From an uncultured Nitrososphaeraceae archaeon (GTDB taxonomy: Archaea > Thermoproteota > Nitrososphaeria > Nitrososphaerales > Nitrososphaeraceae), in NCBI GenBank assembly GCA_963779615.1, contig CAVZZA010000001.1, positions 64,001-128,000 of the forward strand: a stretch of DNA of 64,000 nt. The letters are read 5' to 3'. Numbering within the stretch: position 1 is the first letter of the stretch; each line of letters starts with the position of its first letter. A program made the translations under genes and the position numbers. Shown here in pieces: positions 1 through 8,505 of this stretch. The notes under the pieces are model-generated. The model worked only from the letters and a program-made list of their open reading frames with translations. It was not told the origin of the DNA and made no database searches.

Positions 1-204
1 TTTCTTTCTTTTGCAAGGAAAATAGTCATCAAATGACTCAGCCCTATCTTTGATTATTGAATTGTCCTTTCAATCAAACTCTTCTCAAAAGAAGAATGAA
101 GATGTGTTTCAACTTTAGAAATTTGCAAGCTTGCGGGTACCATGTTCCACCATCATGTTATAACTGCCTTTCAGCTATAGCATTTTCTTGAGTTAACAGA
201 GCCC
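1..204 (-). mobile_element. IS6-family remnant, internally deleted and running off the window edge
   Basis: Minus strand starts with a TIR-like GGGCTCTGTTAACT (191-204). Within about 35 nt it gives transposase C-terminal fragments (DGGTWYPQACKFLK..HSSFEKSLIERTIQ..KDRAESFDDYFPC) homologous to the IS6 copy at 21938-22615. Confidence 0.85.
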
Positions 205-222
205 AACTGTTTGTCATTTAAT

Positions 223-504
223 TTATTTAACTTCTTCCAAATTAGACATGTCTTGGCTTGATTTTGCCATAGTTACTTCTGTAATCCATTCACATGCAAT
301 ATTCACTTTATCATGATGTTTGATAACGGCTTCTGTATCTGGGGCATCTAAAAGGCAAAAACATACACCTGCCTCCCTGTTGTAGAACAGATTTACATGA
401 CTAACACCATATTCATCCCTTGGAGCACCGACTAACTCACGAAGATTCTCTTCTTTAAATGGAACTTTATGAACATCTAGGAAAACAGGCATATACTTTA
501 TCAT
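223..504 (-). CDS. DUF4242 / SCO4226-like nickel-binding protein
   Basis: Pattern MPVFLDVH...GVSHVNLFYNREAGVCFCLLDAPDTEAVIKHH..ACEWITEV is typical of DUF4242. Likely start is the ATG at 492. Confidence 0.8.
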   Translation of the reverse strand: MIKYMPVFLDVHKVPFKEENLRELVGAPRDEYGVSHVNLFYNREAGVCFCLLDAPDTEAVIKHHDKVNIACEWITEVTMAKSSQDMSNLEEVK

Positions 505-571
505 ATTTTCATATAGAATATAACAATTTCCATATTTTTTAATATTTGATGTATTATATGTATAAATTGGA

Positions 572-1245
572 GGCTCAGTTCACTTAAAATGATATAGCTT
601 AAGGATGCCCTATTTTCCATATGAGCGGTACAAGAAACAGAAACCCCTTCAGAGCATATGGGTTATGGATTGTACTTTTATTTTTCCCCTGTCATTAAGG
701 AGAACCTCCGAAAGTTGCTTGTTTTGTCAAACGAAACCGTGCACCCATCTGGAACTGGATAAAAAATGCAGCCAGAAAAAAATAACATCAAAGAAAAAGA
801 AGATGGATGAGTTTATTATTGATGAGACTGCTATCAAAAAAGTTGGCTCAGGGGCAATCTGGCTCTGGATTGCTACAATCAAGCCTAATAACAAGGAAAT
901 CGTTGCAATAAGTATAAGCAAAAGAGCAAAACATTTTTGTGGCAGAGCGGTTTGCATCGAGTTTAATCAAAACTCATTGAGAGCATTCTGTACCAACAGA
1001 TGATTGGGGCACCTGGTATCCCCAAGCATGCAGGTTCTTAAAGGCAGGCCGTCATCTGCATTCCCCTTATTGGAAAAGCATCATTGAGAGGACTATGCAA
1101 TACTTGAAGGATAGTAGAACTGATAGTTTGACGTTTACTTTCCCTGCAGAAAAAAGAAGAAATGCAAACTAAGGCATGTCATGAACTGTTGCATCTTTTT
1201 GTAGATCATCATAGTAGAAAATTAGAAATCGTTGAATGAACAGCC
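572..1245 (+). mobile_element. Degenerate IS6-family insertion sequence with frameshifted transposase
   Basis: Left TIR GGCTCAGTTCACTT (572) and degenerate right end GAATGAACAGCC (~1245). Fragments FIIDETAIK, WLWIA, WYPQACRFL and SIIERTMQY lie in different frames. Flanks aaattgga / attttgga resemble a decayed 8-bp target duplication. Confidence 0.85.
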
Positions 1246-2416
1246 ATTTTGGAACAATAATCCTTTATATTTCTGCAAACTATCTTTTCAATGCAATCTA
1301 TTGAATTCTCCAATAAATGGAAATATCGAGAGTATACAGATAGCGTACACATATGCAGACGCTTTAAACATTATCTCAAGGATAATTTCCAATACCGAAA
1401 AATCATTAGAATGTATTTTTGATCACAGATGGTTGCTTGCCCAAGTAGATGATCCAACGTTGTTAACTTTAATTATCAAATTGAGACTGAAAGGCATTTC
1501 ATCAAGATTTATAACAAAGATTACAAAAGACAATATGTCCTACTGTAAAAAAATCATGAAGTATTCAGATTTAAAACATTCAGACAAAGTTTCAGGATAT
1601 TTAGGTATAAGTGATGGTCATCAATTTTTCAATTATTTATCGTCTCAAAAACTAAAAGAAGATGCGGTGGAAAGCCATAAAGATAACTCTCAGGTTGAAA
1701 CACATCTAGTGAATATAAATAATCAATCTTTTGTTCATCAACAACAATATTTATTTGAAAACTTATGGAATCACTCTACTTTTGCAAGAGAGAAGATTAC
1801 AGAGATAGAAAGAAAAGTTGTGGAAAACATTATTTCAAATAAAACCATTGAAGACAAGGAAGAGATAATTCAAACGCTTTTCAAGATAATAGAATCCTCC
1901 ATAGATCAAATTTTGATATTATTTCCAAATATTGATTCCTTTTGGAACATATATAATGAAGGCATAGTTACAACAATTAAAAATGCTATAGATCGAGATG
2001 TAACTGTAAAAATTTTAATTCATATCAGCGATAACGATGAGAAAAATAAAGAAGCGATACGAAACAAACTAAAGAATGAAAAAAAGGAGATTGAAATAAA
2101 CACTAATTTTTTTTCCAAACAACTTCAACAACAATACGTATTATTTGTAGTGGATGAAGCAATGTCTGCAACGATAGAAAAGTTCTTTGAATCAGACGAA
2201 TCATCTACAAGGATGACATGGTCAGCTACTTTTTCAAAGAATGTATCACACATATCTTCATCGGTATCAATGTTTGACATTTTATGGATACAATCAGACT
2301 TTGAAAAACAAGCCAAGTTAAAACAAACATATTTTCAAATGTTTAAAGGATTTAGACTCAAAGATGAAACCTATAAACGTAAATGGGCATTCGAACAGCA
2401 ACAAGAAGATAATTAA
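1232..2416 (+). CDS. Tandem TrmB/PLD-like sensor-domain protein of the Nitrososphaerales histidine-kinase N-terminal type, with no kinase core
   Basis: Two related modules (RFITKITKDN..YCK..KHSD...FENLWN; VKILIH...VVDEA..FDILW) resemble thaumarchaeal HK input domains. No H-box or HATPase motifs. Real start is probably the in-frame TTG at 1301, about 30 nt after TTTATAT. Confidence 0.65.
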   Translation: MNEQPFWNNNPLYFCKLSFQCNLLNSPINGNIESIQIAYTYADALNIISRIISNTEKSLECIFDHRWLLAQVDDPTLLTLIIKLRLKGISSRFITKITKDNMSYCKKIMKYSDLKHSDKVSGYLGISDGHQFFNYLSSQKLKEDAVESHKDNSQVETHLVNINNQSFVHQQQYLFENLWNHSTFAREKITEIERKVVENIISNKTIEDKEEIIQTLFKIIESSIDQILILFPNIDSFWNIYNEGIVTTIKNAIDRDVTVKILIHISDNDEKNKEAIRNKLKNEKKEIEINTNFFSKQLQQQYVLFVVDEAMSATIEKFFESDESSTRMTWSATFSKNVSHISSSVSMFDILWIQSDFEKQAKLKQTYFQMFKGFRLKDETYKRKWAFEQQQEDN

Positions 2417-2673
2417 AAGAGTTGACTGGTTTGTTAGTCATGCTATTCTCATCATTGTATTATAATGTATACGCAATAATCAATTTACAAAACTCATTTT
2501 AAATTATTATAAATAGAAGCATTTTCCAATTGTTTGCCCATTAAGATAAAATACAATGACTTGTTTGAACCCCTAAGAACATTTTTTAATTTTAAAGTAA
2601 TTGTTTTTTTATAAAAAAGGTTATAAGATATATTTAATGTAAATAAATTGTTCTACATAACATAAAGTTTTAT

Positions 2674-4086
2674 TTATAATCGAGAAAACTTTAATGGCCT
2701 ATTTGAGTTCCCAATTTTGCCATTATATAAAGAATACACTTTGATTATTTGATTGTGTTTAATTTTATAATCACCAATATAATGTATGATATCCTTATAC
2801 TTATCGTCGATAATTAACAAGGTATTGGTTAGATCCCCTTCTAATAAAATATGGCCGTCATCACCTAAATCCATTACCCGCCTTGCAAGGATTATTCCCG
2901 GTCCCCATAAATTCTGATTATCATTCAAATCATTAACTAAAAAAACATGTCCCGATCCAATACCAATACGTACTTTTACTGTCGAGTCACTGTCAATACT
3001 AGGATTATACGCTTTTAACATGGTTTGCAATTCCATACTTAATTCTAACGGAAGTTTGGGATCGGATGTAAAACCAATAGCCATCCCATCACCTGTTGGT
3101 AATACTTTTTTATCTCGCTCCTTCTTATATGAACTACAAGAAGAAATCAAGTTATTTAAAATGTGAATTTTTTCAATTTGTCTTTTAACAGATAACGATG
3201 GGTCCGATAACCCCACAATATCAATAAAAAAAAAGGTTGCATGAAGGATTCCTGAAGACCCTATTTCAGACATTTGAGAATCGCCATAAAAGCTAATCAA
3301 TTTCATATATACATTCAAATGTTCTTTATGAAAAGCAAGGTCTGAATAAAATACAGGAGTTTCTTTAATTGGCTCCTTACAAATATTACAAATTAACTGC
3401 ATTTCACGATTAAAGAAGCTAATATTACTTTCCTCGTCTATATCAAATTTAATCCAATGCGAATTTGGATTGCTACCAATCAAAGAATTTATTTTTATAT
3501 GTCTTGATATTGAATCCTGGGTGAGTTGGGTTATTTTGGTTTCTATTATACCATCAAATAAATGCGAGATTTTATTATACAGAACAACTGAATCTGCATC
3601 AGAATTATCAATTGTAAAAATTGCAACTAATTCTTGTTCCTTTAAGAGAAATGATAAGTCTGTTACAAATTTTATTGTATCGCGTAAATCAAAATATGTT
3701 AGTAGATTTGTTAGTGAGTTCACCACAAGACAAATTGACTGATTAATTTGAGAATTGAGTAACTCCTTTATTTTCAAATAGGTAAGATGTAGTTTTTCAC
3801 TGGTCAAATTATCGGATGGAGCATTTTGGTTTACAAGATAGGGATTAATTAACTTGGTATTTTTTTCAACAGATACAGCTTTGGATAAAAATAAATTGTT
3901 AAATTGTTTTTCGGTAAAGCTTGAACTAACATAAATACAAAAACTATTATCATTTATCGCATTTATAAAAAAATTATTACAATAAGAGGATTTTCCGGAA
4001 AATTTTGGTCCGGCCATTAAAAAAATTCCCGAATTAAAGGATTTTAGGTCGTTGAATATGTAATCATTACCTGGAAAATACTTCAA
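2674..4086 (-). CDS. KaiC/RAD55-like ATPase domain + CxxC/HxxH Zn-finger linker + class III adenylate/guanylate cyclase domain
   Basis: Walker A GPKFSGKS; RAD55-like C-terminal SHLFDGII; CNIC...FHKEH; cyclase motifs FFFIDIVGLS, TGDGM, RIGIGSG, WGPGIILARRVMD. Confidence 0.85.
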   Translation of the reverse strand: MKYFPGNDYIFNDLKSFNSGIFLMAGPKFSGKSSYCNNFFINAINDNSFCIYVSSSFTEKQFNNLFLSKAVSVEKNTKLINPYLVNQNAPSDNLTSEKLHLTYLKIKELLNSQINQSICLVVNSLTNLLTYFDLRDTIKFVTDLSFLLKEQELVAIFTIDNSDADSVVLYNKISHLFDGIIETKITQLTQDSISRHIKINSLIGSNPNSHWIKFDIDEESNISFFNREMQLICNICKEPIKETPVFYSDLAFHKEHLNVYMKLISFYGDSQMSEIGSSGILHATFFFIDIVGLSDPSLSVKRQIEKIHILNNLISSCSSYKKERDKKVLPTGDGMAIGFTSDPKLPLELSMELQTMLKAYNPSIDSDSTVKVRIGIGSGHVFLVNDLNDNQNLWGPGIILARRVMDLGDDGHILLEGDLTNTLLIIDDKYKDIIHYIGDYKIKHNQIIKVYSLYNGKIGNSNRPLKFSRL

Positions 4087-4105
4087 TTACAGGTAATTAT
4101 AAATT

Positions 4106-4121
4106 GATATATCGATATATC
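4106..4121. promoter_or_regulatory. Perfect 16-bp palindrome at the TATA-box position of the cyclase gene
   Basis: GATATATCGATATATC lies 20-35 nt upstream of the minus-strand TTG start at 4086. Confidence 0.45.
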
Positions 4122-4267
4122 TTTTATCTCTATTGTACTAACATCCAATTTTTCTAATTCCCTTAAAACAAATACTCTAATAAGTAAAAAAATTAAATCT
4201 AAAAATAATAAATAAATAGTTTTATAACTATAATTTCACTTAACTACCGAAATTCTTGTCAAGATAA

Positions 4268-5134
4268 TCAGGCATTGGATGATATTACATTTATAAGTTC
4301 ATTCATTTTGTCCACAAAGGGATGATTAGGATATTTTAAAACCGTGATAAATTCTTGTCGTTCAAACTGTATATCACAATAACAGGGAATAGTCGAAACC
4401 ACATCCATTTTAAGGTAATTCTCTAAATCTACCATAGTTTCCGATTGTTCCAACAAAGTAAACTCAAATCTACCGGGCTTTGAAATTACATCTTTATTTA
4501 ATTTAGCAGGGGTACAATATCCAGCGATTCTGTTTAACAATAAATAAGATTTTGCACCAAAGTTGATAAACGACTTATAGACATCAGTTGCCATCTGCTT
4601 TGTACCTTCAATATCTATGTGGTCCATTTTCAATGATAATATTATAACATCAGCAATAGCCAGTGAATTAATTGACCAATGCCTTATACCAGGGCTCGTA
4701 TCTAAAATAATATAGTCATATTTAATATCAGAATTGGTTTTTTCCCTAAGGTACAACATCTTTTTCAGCATTTGAGATTTTGATGAATCCCTATTTTGAA
4801 AGTCCAAGCTAGTAATTTCCTCTTTTTTTGGATTAGAAAATACAATACTAAAAATGCCTTTTTTACCATTATCCGAATTAGCCGAATGAAAGTCTTGTAT
4901 AATATGGGTATAATCATAGACCACATCGGAAAATTCCAAATCATCAAGCAGATAATTGTTCATCCATTTTTCAGGTTTGGAATTAAAATAAACATGTAAA
5001 CTTGGTGCATAAACATCCATATCAATAAGTAAAACATTAAATCCTTTAGACACCAAAAGGGTCGAAAGATTGGCAGCTATTGTGGTTTTTCCAGTGCCAC
5101 CTTTATATGAATGAAAAGCTATTGTTTTAACCAA
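4268..5134 (-). CDS. MinD/ParA-family ATPase
   Basis: Deviant Walker A HSYKGGTGKTT, LLIDMD, YDYIILDTSPG. Confidence 0.9.
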   Translation of the reverse strand: MVKTIAFHSYKGGTGKTTIAANLSTLLVSKGFNVLLIDMDVYAPSLHVYFNSKPEKWMNNYLLDDLEFSDVVYDYTHIIQDFHSANSDNGKKGIFSIVFSNPKKEEITSLDFQNRDSSKSQMLKKMLYLREKTNSDIKYDYIILDTSPGIRHWSINSLAIADVIILSLKMDHIDIEGTKQMATDVYKSFINFGAKSYLLLNRIAGYCTPAKLNKDVISKPGRFEFTLLEQSETMVDLENYLKMDVVSTIPCYCDIQFERQEFITVLKYPNHPFVDKMNELINVISSNA

Positions 5135-5290
5135 TGTTAAAAGACGCCTTTTAGTCTATAAAAATATATCTTGCAAAATTCCACACAACATGTAAAATAA
5201 TAAATATATTTTTAAAATTATTGACAGGTATAAAAAATATTTCAGGTCATCATATCTGCAAGAAAAAAACAAAGATGGAAATTCTATTTC

Positions 5291-7309
5291 TTATTTTTCA
5301 ATGTTATATTGGTCGTAGGTGAATCTCCTTTTAGTTCCAAAAGGCTTGAAATACCTGCCATTACCGTGATAGAACTTTGAGAAGAATTCAACGTAAATCA
5401 ACCTTGCACCCTGTATTCCAGGCTCAAACACTCCGAGAACGATATTAAAGATATGGCCAACAAAGAATATCACAACCCCTAATATGACGTATGGTATTGC
5501 AAGGTGTATTGTATTTAGAAAAACAAAGTCAATAACGTGAGCAAGGATAACCGAAGCGAGCAGTATTCCCACAAGTCTCGTAAAGGAAAGTATATGACTT
5601 ATTATTGATGGCAACTCCATGAGAGCTCTGACACCCTCACCATACAACATCAAACCCACTCCTCCAAAAATTAATGCAAAATAAATTAGACCTGTCGTTT
5701 CTTGCATTGGGTTTATATTTTCCTTACCTATCATTGCTAATCCTATCAGGACAACTCCCCATCCAAACAATAGCCAACCCACTTTACTAATCACATGTTT
5801 TTTCTCACCATGTCTAAGACTGTTGATTATACCAAGGACAAGTCCAAAAGTAACCATGCCTATTCCAACATAACCACTAAACAGCAAAAGTTTACGGAGA
5901 CCAAATGTGGAAATGGGATCAAGTAATGCACCTTCATGAGGCAAATTCAATCCAAAATTATTCAGAAAAGAGAACAGGTAACCGTTTAAGTGGAATCCAA
6001 AATAAAGGTCAAAGCAAAATCCCAATATGATAGCAATAACACAACCAGGAGTCATAGCTTTAGCGAGTTTCACCATCTGTACAGGTTGCAATATCGTCAG
6101 GCCAAATTTTCTCAAGCCCTTTGGCATAATAGTTAAATTACGTTTTTTACCCTCTATCCTTCTTATTACCCATCTAGATACTAGAAGTATTACCAATCCA
6201 TATCCAACATCGCCAAGCATTAAACCATAAAATATTGGAAAAATTAAACCAAATATAGTAGTTGGATCAAATTCGTTGCCGGATGGTAAGGAATAAAAGC
6301 GAATAAAAGACTCGAAATTTTTAAGTCTTTTTGGATTCTCCAAAAGGGTGGGAGGTGTTTCCTTAGTTTCTAATTGATACATCCTGGTTGTGCCATCACT
6401 ATGTTCAAGAAAAGCTGCCTTTACAGGTTCTAACTTAGATTTGGGTATCCATCCCTCCATTGCAAAAGTATCCTTCGTAACTCCAAGGTTTTTAATTACT
6501 TCAAGTTTTTTGTTCTCTATATCAAGCTCTTCTTCTGCACATTTTAAAAATGAATAATGTGCCTTTGAAATTTCAGTTAGTTGGTTATTGATTTGGTCTA
6601 ACTGTGAAGAAAGTTCTTGGTATTTTTTTTTCTGATCCTCAAGAGCAACACCGGGTTTTCCTTTGAGATTTGGAACTGCTTCCAGGTGTACATTATATAG
6701 ACTGATGACTGATGCGAATGCATTGGATGGAAAGCGTGACATAACTACGACAACAAAACGTGTAGTTTTACCACTTTCACTAGCATACAGCATAACCTCC
6801 TCATCATTCAATTCCAATTTTTTCTTGAATTCTGGAAACTTTTCAGAGTTCATACGACCAAAAAATGAGCGTGCAGAAGAAAGATGCAAAATATTCAAGT
6901 CTTCAGGGAAGAATGAAAACTCTTCAAGGAGTGTAATGTTGTTTTCAGCCCCCTTCATTGCAGTTAGTGCATTATCCTTTTGTCTTTCCAGTGAAGCGAT
7001 TTTACCATCGATATCCATAGATTTGACTTTTTGAATAAGTTCGCTTATAGATGAAAATTTGGTTTTTTCTGTCACAGGTAAAGAAGGTAGCGAATTGATT
7101 AATCCTCTAATTCGCAGTAGCTGATCAGAGACTTGCCTATGATACTCACTCTCATGTTCAGCCATCAAAAATGAATCTGCTTCTTTGGAAATTGGCTCTA
7201 ACTGCATCACATTCATTTCCTGCAGGATTGAGATAACTTGTTGCCGGTATTTTTTTAGACCCAATACGGCTATTTTAACCATGGAAACAGGCTTTAATAA
7301 TGTAGTCAT
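5291..7309 (-). CDS. atpI: A/V-type ATP synthase subunit I (a)
   Basis: EGWIP, DPT..FGL..GDVGYG, LSFTRL, RLIYVEFFSKFY; 672 aa with a C-terminal membrane domain. Confidence 0.97.
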   Translation of the reverse strand: MTTLLKPVSMVKIAVLGLKKYRQQVISILQEMNVMQLEPISKEADSFLMAEHESEYHRQVSDQLLRIRGLINSLPSLPVTEKTKFSSISELIQKVKSMDIDGKIASLERQKDNALTAMKGAENNITLLEEFSFFPEDLNILHLSSARSFFGRMNSEKFPEFKKKLELNDEEVMLYASESGKTTRFVVVVMSRFPSNAFASVISLYNVHLEAVPNLKGKPGVALEDQKKKYQELSSQLDQINNQLTEISKAHYSFLKCAEEELDIENKKLEVIKNLGVTKDTFAMEGWIPKSKLEPVKAAFLEHSDGTTRMYQLETKETPPTLLENPKRLKNFESFIRFYSLPSGNEFDPTTIFGLIFPIFYGLMLGDVGYGLVILLVSRWVIRRIEGKKRNLTIMPKGLRKFGLTILQPVQMVKLAKAMTPGCVIAIILGFCFDLYFGFHLNGYLFSFLNNFGLNLPHEGALLDPISTFGLRKLLLFSGYVGIGMVTFGLVLGIINSLRHGEKKHVISKVGWLLFGWGVVLIGLAMIGKENINPMQETTGLIYFALIFGGVGLMLYGEGVRALMELPSIISHILSFTRLVGILLASVILAHVIDFVFLNTIHLAIPYVILGVVIFFVGHIFNIVLGVFEPGIQGARLIYVEFFSKFYHGNGRYFKPFGTKRRFTYDQYNIEK

Positions 7310-7335
7310 GTCAAAATCATCTCCTTATTCACACA

Positions 7336-7677
7336 TCACTTTATATCAGAAAACAGGATTTCCATTATGTCTTTTACTACCTGCTTATCGAGTTGAATCG
7401 ATATTGACTTGGATTTATTCTCCGCATCATTCACGATAATCTCAGCTTCTTTGAAAGCATTCCTTCGGGATTCTTCAATACTTTTTTCTACCATTTTTTC
7501 CCCTTCTTGTTTGGTCATATCGACGGTATTTTTAAGGTCGCTTTGTAAATTCTTAATTTCTTGCTCAACTAGTTTTTTATGGGCCTCGATTTCTCCATAT
7601 GTTTTCTCCTCAGTTTCTTTAATTTGCCTCAATGTATGAATATACTCTTCTTGAGAATTAGTACTAGTCATACTCAC
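7336..7677 (-). CDS. atpH: A/V-type ATP synthase subunit H/G (peripheral stalk)
   Basis: Charged coiled-coil of about 110 aa immediately upstream of atpI. Confidence 0.8.
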   Translation of the reverse strand: MSMTSTNSQEEYIHTLRQIKETEEKTYGEIEAHKKLVEQEIKNLQSDLKNTVDMTKQEGEKMVEKSIEESRRNAFKEAEIIVNDAENKSKSISIQLDKQVVKDIMEILFSDIK

Positions 7678-7832
7678 ACACCCGCTAAAGACTTTCCAAT
7701 AAACAATACCAAAACGATTGTACCTACAATGTTTCCAATTTTAAAAGCTCTCCTTATGATATAAAACTTCTTTTGGTAACCATTTGCAAAAACGCCTTTT
7801 TCACTATAATTATTGTTATCACCATTGTTCAT
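7674..7832 (-). CDS. Unannotated 52-aa single-TM protein inside the ATPase operon
   Basis: MNNGDNNNYSEKGVFANGYQKKFYIIRRAFKIGNIVGTIVLVLFIGKSLAGV*. Its ATG overlaps the atpD stop (ATGA) and its TGA overlaps the atpH GTG (GTGA). Confidence 0.75.
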   Translation of the reverse strand: MNNGDNNNYSEKGVFANGYQKKFYIIRRAFKIGNIVGTIVLVLFIGKSLAGV

Positions 7833-8497
7833 ATAACATCTTCCCCCTTATCTCTTGAAATAATTATTTGTTCTTCTCTTTCCCCCATCTTTCTCTTTAC
7901 AGTCTTTAACATAATGAATGTGTCACGCTCTAATTCAGCAAGTCTAAAAGTAATAAACTTAACAGCAGACATTAACTTGGGAATAAAAACGTTTTCTATT
8001 GCATTAGATTTGCGTTTTGTTTTCTCGATTTCAATAAGCAGTTTTCTTAACGCCGTTTCCTTCTCTGCAACATCCAACACAATTTTATGAACCCTTTGAA
8101 AGGATCTTAACGCTTCGTTAATAGATGTAGGAAGCTCCAGCAAATACTCGTCCATTACTTCTCTTTTTCCACCAACAATCTTTGGAATATGAACTCCCAT
8201 AATGCTTTTGGACATTACTTGTAAATTCGCAAGATCGGGAATTTTCATTGACTCATTTTCAAGCCTCATTGAACCAGCTAGCATTTCCGCCATTCTTATG
8301 GATTCATATCCCTTTATTAACTCGGACTGCAAATTGGTTCGTAGTTCCGAGGCAGTTTTGTTAGTATTGAAAAATTCAAGAATTAATGCTTTTTGTTTTA
8401 GTTTTAAAAGCTTCAAACCTTTTAGCGCAATCAATATCCTGCGCTTTGTGCGTATATACTCAAGACGAGTTGGTCGGATATTTGAAGACAAAGACAT
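7829..8497 (-). CDS. atpD: A/V-type ATP synthase subunit D
   Basis: PTRLE..KG..LLK.K; EIEKTKRKSNAIE. Confidence 0.96.
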   Translation of the reverse strand: MSLSSNIRPTRLEYIRTKRRILIALKGLKLLKLKQKALILEFFNTNKTASELRTNLQSELIKGYESIRMAEMLAGSMRLENESMKIPDLANLQVMSKSIMGVHIPKIVGGKREVMDEYLLELPTSINEALRSFQRVHKIVLDVAEKETALRKLLIEIEKTKRKSNAIENVFIPKLMSAVKFITFRLAELERDTFIMLKTVKRKMGEREEQIIISRDKGEDVI

Positions 8498-8505
8498 CCT
8501 TGTAT

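Noticed and set aside
605-1003. 132-aa ORF as an intact protein
   Set aside because: It is a chimeric reading of a frameshifted IS6 transposase.
2674-5134. Pycsar/CBASS anti-phage system
   Set aside because: No adjacent cNMP-binding TM/TIR effector or CD-NTase is visible; the context fits signalling better.
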